64,000 bases of DNA, taken from the NCBI GenBank assembly GCA_050179755.1, contig JBFXEV010000001.1, positions 1,353,994-1,417,993 on the forward strand, given 5' to 3'. Each line of letters opens with the position of its first letter. Position 1 is the stretch's first letter. A program made the position numbers and the translations under genes. The notes under the pieces are model-generated. The model was not told the DNA's origin. It worked only from the letters and a program-made list of their open reading frames with translations, and ran no database searches. Below, piece by piece: positions 56,760-64,000 of this stretch. Source of the stretch: Candidatus Babeliales bacterium (GTDB lineage Bacteria; Babelota; Babeliae; Babelales; JBFXEV01).

Positions 56760-57821
56760 TTACTCATAACTCAAAGTAATAATCTTCTGTCTGTCATCAA
56801 TGTATACAGTTCCACCATTTGGAATAAGCATTTGCGGGTCTGTGTGACCGAAATTAAAATTAAATACTACTGGAACGGTGCAGCCATAATCTGAGAGTGC
56901 TTGCTTAATGGCTTGTTGTTGAGTTGCCCTAAATAGTTCGCTTCCTCCTGGTGGCACATTCTGCAAGAATCGCGTTTTAGGTAAACCAACTAATAACCCC
57001 CCAATACGTTGCAATATAGTACGCTCGGCAAGTGCCGCAATAAATCGGTACACAAAGCCTTCGCTTGGTAATTCTTCAGACGTTTCTATGTATAAGACAA
57101 TGTTATTAAACTCTTCAAGAGCAGGAAGATACTGTGGATTATTTACAGCAAGCTGTAAGTCTAAAACTTCCAAACAACCTCCCCACAATTTGCCAGATAT
57201 GCTTACGTTACCACAGTTATACCATTCTAATTCAGGCGTACTCTCCATAGGGCGGTGTTTTGTTAACATACTGGCATCAGCCCAATCAAAATCTATATCA
57301 GTCCATGTGGGTGATATAGTCACTTGCCTGAGTTCAGTTTCAAATAATGCATTTTTAATCCACTCAATAGTATAGTCTTGCATGGCACCCTGCATGCCAA
57401 ATTGAGACATCACTGAACCACCATAATATGAAATTAAACCCAGTTTCCATAAAAATAGGTGGACATTCGTTGTATCACTGTATCCAAGAAATATTTTAGG
57501 ATTTGCTGCAATGAGCTTGGCGTTAAGATAGGGTAGGATACGAATACAATCATTGCCACCAGTGGTGCTGATAATTGCCTTTATAGATGTATCAGCAAAA
57601 GCGGCATTAATATCATCTGCACGAGCTTGTGGATTTTTTGATAAATATTCAGGACTTTTACATGTTGATGGAAAAGCTATTGGTTCAAGGCCAAATACAG
57701 TACGTACCCGTTCTAAGCCTAATTCGTAAACTTCAGGAAACAAATACGGTGCTGCAAATGATGGTGTTACAATTGCTACTTTATCGCCTTTTTTTAAGCG
57801 TGGTGGAATAGTGAATTTCAT
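56760..57821 (-). CDS. S66 family LD-carboxypeptidase / MccF-like peptidase
   Basis: LKKGDKVAIVTPS, RADDINAAF, PKIFLGYSDTT (Ser), GKLWGGCL, LYIETSEE (Glu), FGHTDP (His). Confidence 0.92.
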   Translation of the reverse strand: MKFTIPPRLKKGDKVAIVTPSFAAPYLFPEVYELGLERVRTVFGLEPIAFPSTCKSPEYLSKNPQARADDINAAFADTSIKAIISTTGGNDCIRILPYLNAKLIAANPKIFLGYSDTTNVHLFLWKLGLISYYGGSVMSQFGMQGAMQDYTIEWIKNALFETELRQVTISPTWTDIDFDWADASMLTKHRPMESTPELEWYNCGNVSISGKLWGGCLEVLDLQLAVNNPQYLPALEEFNNIVLYIETSEELPSEGFVYRFIAALAERTILQRIGGLLVGLPKTRFLQNVPPGGSELFRATQQQAIKQALSDYGCTVPVVFNFNFGHTDPQMLIPNGGTVYIDDRQKIITLSYE

Positions 57822-57913
57822 TGCTAAGGTTCCTTTAAATAACAGTTCAAAACAAGCAGATGCTACACGTAATGACTTGATAGTAAATAATAGGACGCAC
57901 TTAGATTAACCAT

Positions 57914-58144
57914 TTAATTATCGGTAGTTTCAAGCCACGCGTCAAATTCAAGCAAAAACCATCGCCCTTCGTCTGGAGCACTAAAACGATCTAAATAGTC
58001 TTTTTTTTCTTGGTCATTTAATTGCTGCCAAAAGGGATGCCATACGTAGCCATAGTAAGCATCGCCTGCATCGCGCCAAAAAAAGTCACCGGGAGGAAAT
58101 CCTGGATATGTAAGCCAGGGTGGTTTAATTTCTTGCATATCCAT
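57914..58144 (-). CDS. Small Trp/Pro-rich protein (PPW..YP...WR)
   Basis: 76 aa; duplicate of 56020-56244. Confidence 0.7.
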   Translation of the reverse strand: MDMQEIKPPWLTYPGFPPGDFFWRDAGDAYYGYVWHPFWQQLNDQEKKDYLDRFSAPDEGRWFLLEFDAWLETTDN

Positions 58145-58149
58145 TTTTA

Positions 58150-59187
58150 TTAGGCATTTATATTTTGATTTTGCATTGCCCCATGCGCCGTAAGAAGTGC
58201 AATCATTTCTTCCTGCCCGTAATATAATGCTCTATCAAGTGCTGTTCTGTCTAATATGTCAGTATAATTAAGATCAGCGCCGTGGTCGATTAATAATTGA
58301 GCGATTGCGCAATTGTTATCTTCTATAGCCTGGTGTAAAGGAGTGTCCCCATGGCAATCCTCTTGATTTGGGTCAGCATGTTGCTCTAGGAGATATTTTA
58401 CTTGTTCTTCATGATTATGTCGAATTGCTACCATGAGCGGTGTATTGCCTTCTTCACCTTCTTCATTAATATCATAACCATGGCTCACTAACAACTCGAG
58501 CATCTCTGTGCCTTCATGTAGACAGGCAGTGATTAACAATGGCTGGGCACCCGGAATATCTTTTGCGGTAGCGCCATGCTCAATAAGATAGGCAACAATT
58601 TGTACGTCGCCTGAAAGTACTGCTTGATGGAGTGGTGTGCATGCATCTGTTTCTACACAGTGTGCATTCACCTGTGCTCCGTGTTCCACCAAGAATTGCA
58701 CCATAAAGAGACGCCCTGTGCGTGCTGCTACATGGAGCGCAGTCTCTTGAACGTCATACACATCTTGGGAGATTGGTTTGCTTTTTTCATTAACATCAGC
58801 GCCATGTGCCAAGAAGAATTGGGCGATTTCTACCGGCCCGACATACGCTGCCTGATGCAGTGGCGTCCAACCAGATTCATAACTTTTTGCATGGATGTCT
58901 GCCCCATGTTTAAGGAGCAGCTCTGCAATTTGTACATCACCTCTATCTGCTGCAGCATGAAGAGCGCTGGCTCCATTATATTCTGTAACGCTTGCGCCTT
59001 GTGCAATGCATTGTTCTACATCTTCATATGAACCGAACATCACAGCATCCCATAAAGAATGATAGGTGTTTTGTTGTTTTAATATAGTTTCTTTTGATGT
59101 TGGGTTAAGAATATATCGGTACGTATACATTCCTATAATATTACCTATAAGACCTACAACAAAATAAATATAAAATTTTTTGTTCAT
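58150..59187 (-). CDS. Ankyrin repeat protein with N-terminal TM/signal segment
   Basis: Hydrophobic N-terminus then about 8 ANK repeats. Confidence 0.9.
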   Translation of the reverse strand: MNKKFYIYFVVGLIGNIIGMYTYRYILNPTSKETILKQQNTYHSLWDAVMFGSYEDVEQCIAQGASVTEYNGASALHAAADRGDVQIAELLLKHGADIHAKSYESGWTPLHQAAYVGPVEIAQFFLAHGADVNEKSKPISQDVYDVQETALHVAARTGRLFMVQFLVEHGAQVNAHCVETDACTPLHQAVLSGDVQIVAYLIEHGATAKDIPGAQPLLITACLHEGTEMLELLVSHGYDINEEGEEGNTPLMVAIRHNHEEQVKYLLEQHADPNQEDCHGDTPLHQAIEDNNCAIAQLLIDHGADLNYTDILDRTALDRALYYGQEEMIALLTAHGAMQNQNINA

Positions 59188-59255
59188 GAGATTCCTTTTT
59201 TATCTATGTTCATCACGAGTAATTAATTGCTTAAAAAATCAAAAAATGACAGATA

Positions 59256-59936
59256 TCATTTATTCATTTCAGGCAACTGTTGAAGCAAAAGTTCTCTCTT
59301 TTTGGCAGCGCATTCTCTAAAAGAATGCAACTGAATTTGTGCAAATGTTGATGTAGTCCCATCTATCGAGGCATCCGCCTGTTCTGTAAGCCACTCATAT
59401 TCTGTAGGTTTTTGAACTATCGCTTCCATTTGTTCTGCTTGTATAGCAACAGGGAGTTTATTTGCAAAACGCAAGTTCCTGCAAAGTTCTTGGCATTACC
59501 CTTTGCTTATAAGTGCACATACCCACGTTGCTTTTTCCCGTAATTCAGAATCAATCACACTCTCATGTAAACTATCAATATGTCTTTTTGCTTTTGATGC
59601 CATATCAGCCAAATCTTGCCACAATTGCGTGTCATCTTTAGGGCTCGGATGCTCTTCTGGCTTTATAACCCAACAAAGTTTGCCATCCCTTTTTGCAGGC
59701 TCCCACCGTGAGGCGCGCGATATCAATTGGTAATAACAAGTATTTAGATGTATATGGGCCCATGCATGCGCAGTAGCAGTAGGCACGCTTTCTAGAGATT
59801 GTACTGCTTGATGAGCCATGTGCAGTTGTGCTTGTATTTCTTGCGTATTAACAATTTTTTCTTGGTTCATTGCTGTTATAAAAGACATCACATTGCATAC
59901 TACTGCCAATATTACTATATATTTATTATTATTCAT
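59256..59936 (-). pseudogene. Secreted hypothetical protein interrupted by one in-frame TAA
   Basis: ORFs 59496-59936 and 59256-59474 share a frame and are separated only by TAA at 59496-59498 plus 7 sense codons. Confidence 0.6.
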
Positions 59937-60006
59937 GCGAAATTCCTTAATGAATTAAATTTACTACCTTTAAAGATACAATTTTATTGCCCAATACCAA
60001 AATGCA

Positions 60007-61344
60007 TTAGCACATTACACCAGGTCCCCATGCAGGGCTGGTGCATTGCTCATGTGCCGCCGTCACAAAATATGCCTCTTGGCTTATCATATTACGCACG
60101 GCAATGCGTGAATATGTACCTTGCTCTACCGAATAGGCAAGATACGTGCCACAGGGTGACCACGAAGGCTCATCTTTTTGTGTTGCATCAAAGGTTACTT
60201 GCGTATGATTTTTAGTAGCAATATCGTACATACAAATTTGTGCCACATTATTAATTAACTTGATATAGGCAATTTTTCCTTGCTCTTCACACACTGCAGG
60301 GCTTGCACAATATCCGCCATCAGTAAGTCGATCAATAGAACCATCTTTGTCACGATAACAATATAATTGCGGTGACCGTGTTTGATAATCAGAGCAGAAA
60401 AAAACATCACCATTTTTACATAAATAAGGCGAAATATTATTACCATTATTATGAGTAAGTCGCTTAAATATCCATTGTTTGCGCAGCGGGTCAAGAGTGC
60501 CCCTGTATAATTGACTGCTTCCTGCTTGAGAACAGCATACCACCACTTTACTGCCATCTTTGTTAAACGAAGGTTGCATATTAAGCCCATCAAAATTCAT
60601 AACCAGCTTTGAGCGTTTTTGCTCCATATCATATTGCATTAAACGCACATTAACCGGCGATTGTTCGCTATAGTATAAAAACTTATGATCATCATGCATA
60701 AACCAGCGCAATCCAAATTTAGGTGTTTGTGAACTGACCAATGTTTGGTAGGCATGTTCGGCATGTGGATCTGTTGCAAACAACTGCTTACCACCCTTTT
60801 TTGAATCTTGTTTACAAAATGCAAGTTGGGCCCCAAACTGAATCGGTCTTCCTAAGAACTCTTGCGTAAGTATACCTGCTAGGTAGTGCCCTGTGTTAGC
60901 AATTGAATAATGTGTTAGCACCAATTTTTTCCCTTTTACCATGGTAGCGTCGGTAGCATCATAAATGCGATAACTAATATCATCAATACCCGTTGCAGAC
61001 AAAAATACTACTAAAGAAAACCCACGATCAAGTAATTTTTTAATTTCTGATTTGCCGTTTGGCTCGCTTGCAAATTGCTCTATTATTATCTCAAATCCTG
61101 TCTGCTTTTCACGTGGCAATCGTAAATCTGCTTCTATAACTTTGGCAATGGCAGCAATGCGATCACTTATGCCAATAGTCCCAATAAGCACTTTCATTTT
61201 ATAAGCTTGCTTTACTGCTGATTTAATCTCGAGCGTTTCAGCTTGATTAGTTGCATTTGGGTTCGCAAGAATCAGCGATGGTATATTCGTTATCGCACAA
61301 ACTAGAACTATTAAGCCTGGTAAAAATAATGTAAAAAATTTCAT
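60007..61344 (-). CDS. tolB: TolB beta-propeller protein
   Basis: Signal peptide; PD40-like repeats (QPSFNKDG, EPSWSPCG, SPAWGP); downstream of tolQRA. Confidence 0.85.
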   Translation of the reverse strand: MKFFTLFLPGLIVLVCAITNIPSLILANPNATNQAETLEIKSAVKQAYKMKVLIGTIGISDRIAAIAKVIEADLRLPREKQTGFEIIIEQFASEPNGKSEIKKLLDRGFSLVVFLSATGIDDISYRIYDATDATMVKGKKLVLTHYSIANTGHYLAGILTQEFLGRPIQFGAQLAFCKQDSKKGGKQLFATDPHAEHAYQTLVSSQTPKFGLRWFMHDDHKFLYYSEQSPVNVRLMQYDMEQKRSKLVMNFDGLNMQPSFNKDGSKVVVCCSQAGSSQLYRGTLDPLRKQWIFKRLTHNNGNNISPYLCKNGDVFFCSDYQTRSPQLYCYRDKDGSIDRLTDGGYCASPAVCEEQGKIAYIKLINNVAQICMYDIATKNHTQVTFDATQKDEPSWSPCGTYLAYSVEQGTYSRIAVRNMISQEAYFVTAAHEQCTSPAWGPGVMC

Positions 61345-61356
61345 GTGCGTGTTCCA

Positions 61357-62211
61357 TTATGGTTTAAATGCTACCGTAAATTGTTTGCCTTGAGCTGCTG
61401 GACTAAAATGCGCATGCACTACTGCAGTACGCGCTGCCACATCAAAAATTAAAACTTTTGAATTTTGCTTCATTATAATATTGCAGGCCCGCCCTTCTTT
61501 GTCTACATCAAAGGAAATGTGGCAAAGTGTATCTTGCGCAATTCCCGATGGTGCTTGCCAATGTTTTTGTAATGCGTCGGCAACCACATGCTGTGTTTGC
61601 ATTTCGCGCAAGTCATCTCGCCCCACATAGATTATATCTTCTGTTGCATTTGGATCACCCAGAAGGTTTTCTACTTTCTCTTCTGGTTCTTGATGATGAG
61701 CGGTGGGAGTGTTCTTTGCAACGACAGCTTGATCTTTTTCTGGCTGCTTTACTGGCTCTATCTTTTTTACCGATTCTTTAGGTTTTGGCTTTTCAACTCT
61801 ATTTTTTTTAGGCTCGATTTTTTTGTCTTTCTCTAGAGCTGCTAGCGTAGTTTTATTTTTTTTCTTTTCAGCGGTTTTATGTTTTTTTGGTTGTTGCACT
61901 ACCTGCTTTTTCGCAACACCCTTTGATGCTTGCGCCAGTGGTTTTTGAGTTGCGGCAACGCCAAACTTAGTGCCACGCACTGGTCTATCGTAGTGTGTGT
62001 CTTTCACCGTTTTAAGCATAGGGAGTAATACTATACGCGCATCCGTTTGTCTGCGTGCACCAGAAACTACTAATGTTTGACGCGAATCAGAAATAGTACC
62101 AAACAAAAATGCACCAATAACAATTATTGCGTGCATTGCACCCGAAATTAACCATAACGTGCCTAAAACGCCAAATCGTTTAGGCAGTTTTACGCGTAGC
62201 CACCGCCACAT
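61357..62211 (-). CDS. tolA: TolA/TonB-like protein
   Basis: TM helix with S-x3-H (SGAMH), Lys/Pro/Glu-rich linker, C-terminal W.APSG...FDVAARTAV domain. Confidence 0.7.
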   Translation of the reverse strand: MWRWLRVKLPKRFGVLGTLWLISGAMHAIIVIGAFLFGTISDSRQTLVVSGARRQTDARIVLLPMLKTVKDTHYDRPVRGTKFGVAATQKPLAQASKGVAKKQVVQQPKKHKTAEKKKNKTTLAALEKDKKIEPKKNRVEKPKPKESVKKIEPVKQPEKDQAVVAKNTPTAHHQEPEEKVENLLGDPNATEDIIYVGRDDLREMQTQHVVADALQKHWQAPSGIAQDTLCHISFDVDKEGRACNIIMKQNSKVLIFDVAARTAVVHAHFSPAAQGKQFTVAFKP

Positions 62212-62608
62212 CTTTAACACCCCCGATTACCTTAATGCTGTCTATAACTTTGATGAGCGTATCACAGGAATTGGTCTTATCAATATTTATCCATACGCGT
62301 TGTTCATCTTGAGTGCCCGAGTTTGCCAAATATGTTTTAACTTGTGTGCCTACTTGATCAAGCGTTACCGGAAGATTATTAAAAAATACATTTTCATCTT
62401 TATCAATAGCCACGACTAAGCGCATTGGTTCTTTACCACCTTCTTGCGCTTGACCATGTGGTAAATCAACGCGTATTGCATTATTAATCATGGGAGTCGT
62501 CACCATAAAAATAATGAGTAACGTTAAGGCTGTATCAATTAAGGGTGTTAAAGTAATTTCTGGTGGCGTATAGCCACTACGCGACTTACGTCTTCTCATT
62601 CTACGCAT
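62180..62608 (-). CDS. tolR: TolR/ExbD
   Basis: EITLTPLIDTALTLLIIFMVTTP, VDLP. Confidence 0.88.
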   Translation of the reverse strand: MRRMRRRKSRSGYTPPEITLTPLIDTALTLLIIFMVTTPMINNAIRVDLPHGQAQEGGKEPMRLVVAIDKDENVFFNNLPVTLDQVGTQVKTYLANSGTQDEQRVWINIDKTNSCDTLIKVIDSIKVIGGVKDVAVATRKTA

Positions 62609-62620
62609 GCGCTACTCCTT

Positions 62621-63310
62621 TTATTTATTGCCAAATACTACGTTGACCAACCAAAAATATTTATCTGCAAGACGCACGTACTGCTGCTCAGCTTCGTGCA
62701 CATGTGATTGTAAGTAATGATAAGCTGCAAGCGCAGGAATTGCCACAATTAAACCAACGAGCGTTGTAATTAACGCTTCAGCAATACCCGGTGCAACCGT
62801 TACAATATCGGCAGTTTGTTTTTGTGAAATACTCACAAAAGCATGCACCAACCCCCATACGGTACCAAATAATCCAAGTAATGGTGAAATAGAAGCACTT
62901 GCAAATAAAATAGGTAACATCGACTGCTCTATGCCAATCATTTCATCAAGCGTTTGATCAAGATGATCTTGAATATGAGCAAGATCGCGCTCAGTGAGCA
63001 CTTGCCCCTCTTTTTTTGTTTCCAAAATTGATTTTAAAAAAGAAATATTCTGGGCGAGAAAATATCCTGGCACCGTATCGGCAAATTGCCCGGACACAAT
63101 GCGCAAATCTTCAAATGTCTTTACTTCTTTAAGACGCGATTGCATTTTTTGCATGTCTCGTTTTTTAATTCTATAGAGTACCACCTTATAAAGCACTACC
63201 GCCCAACAGGTAATAGACATCACCAAAAGTATGAGCAAGACCAATTTGGTCATATAATCTGATTGCGCAATCAATTGCCATAACACGTTACCAAACATGC
63301 TTGTTTCCAT
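62621..63310 (-). CDS. tolQ: TolQ/ExbB proton channel
   Basis: SPLLGLFGTVWG, VAPGIAEALITT.VGLIVAIPA. Confidence 0.92.
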   Translation of the reverse strand: METSMFGNVLWQLIAQSDYMTKLVLLILLVMSITCWAVVLYKVVLYRIKKRDMQKMQSRLKEVKTFEDLRIVSGQFADTVPGYFLAQNISFLKSILETKKEGQVLTERDLAHIQDHLDQTLDEMIGIEQSMLPILFASASISPLLGLFGTVWGLVHAFVSISQKQTADIVTVAPGIAEALITTLVGLIVAIPALAAYHYLQSHVHEAEQQYVRLADKYFWLVNVVFGNK

Positions 63311-63482
63311 GATCTCAATTCCTTAATTTATTTTCGTAATCACTATCCTCTAGAGCATGGTACTAGTATACCGCGCAAATCATAGAAACAACAAGTATTT
63401 TACTCAATCCATTTACCTTGTAAGCACAGTTACTTTATGCTAAGACTAAGAACTAAAATTACTCTTGATTAAAGGATTACTA

Positions 63483-64000
63483 ATGAACTCAAAACTTATT
63501 AAACAGCTGTTGCTGTATTCATCGCCCATTCTTGTGTATGTTGTATTCTCATACGCGCAGCCCTTAATACAAACAGGACAACCTGAAGCCCCTTCTGTTA
63601 ACATTATTCAATACCCTCAAAGCGGACCGCAAGCACGTGGCGATTCAGGCTACATTGCAGCATATTATGCATTGCAAAAATTAGGTGTCAATGTTGCCCA
63701 AGATCGTCAATCGTTCTTCCTAACAAGTAAAAATGCCATTAAGAAAAAACGCCTGCTAGAGGCCACTGAAGCACGCATTCGCAGTGACTTGCAAGATTTT
63801 ATAGAAAAAAAACCTACTCCTACCGTTTCACCTGTACCAGGAATTTCACCGCAAGATTTTAAAGAAATTATTCTCAGCGTAATTCCGGATATTGCCAAAG
63901 TAGCAGCCGCTGAATTTATGCGCGTGAACTTTGATGATAAATCTGGAACCCTGGGCGATCGCAAACTAGAAATCAGTGGAGCTCAATTATTTAAAGACAT
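63483..64000 (+). CDS. Secreted hypothetical protein, partial (runs off window end)
   Basis: Manual translation MNSKLIKQLLLYSSPILVYVVFSYAQPL..., open to window edge; AAGGA RBS. Confidence 0.7.
   Translation, partial: MNSKLIKQLLLYSSPILVYVVFSYAQPLIQTGQPEAPSVNIIQYPQSGPQARGDSGYIAAYYALQKLGVNVAQDRQSFFLTSKNAIKKKRLLEATEARIRSDLQDFIEKKPTPTVSPVPGISPQDFKEIILSVIPDIAKVAAAEFMRVNFDDKSGTLGDRKLEISGAQLFKD

Overview
AT-rich (visually roughly 35-40% GC) bacterial chromosome segment. Gene content points to an intracellular protist parasite, most likely Candidatus Babeliae/Dependentiae (TM6); this placement is an inference from the many ankyrin proteins, orphan secreted proteins, eroded housekeeping operons, Tol system and Chlamydia Hc2-like histone-like protein. 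Housekeeping genes: grpE, ssb, pgsA-like, mnmA, argS, tsf, frr, tRNA-Lys(CTT), tRNA-Leu(TAG), tig, trxB, rpmH-rnpA-yidD, PIN-PhoH, thrS, nth, xerC-like, PBP2, rpsT, rpmB, ftsH and tolQRAB. Most notable observations: (1) a secreted 72-aa Cys/Gly-tailed peptide gene followed by a stem-loop and a His-rich DUF1399/GRDP-like protein, a candidate undescribed peptide-modification (RiPP-like) pair; (2) an FtsH with two complete tandem AAA+ modules; (3) a ~190-nt structured intergenic repeat in four copies with compensatory base changes; (4) a 1.9-kb toxin/immunity-like islet inserted into the 3' end of trxB with a 77-bp duplication; (5) a ~13-kb co-oriented ankyrin plus orphan-immunity-like array resembling a poly-immunity locus; (6) seven unrelated secreted proteins whose predicted mature chain begins with Met. 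No CRISPR array, rRNA or intact transposase was seen. All family names are recalled from motifs, not from database searches.
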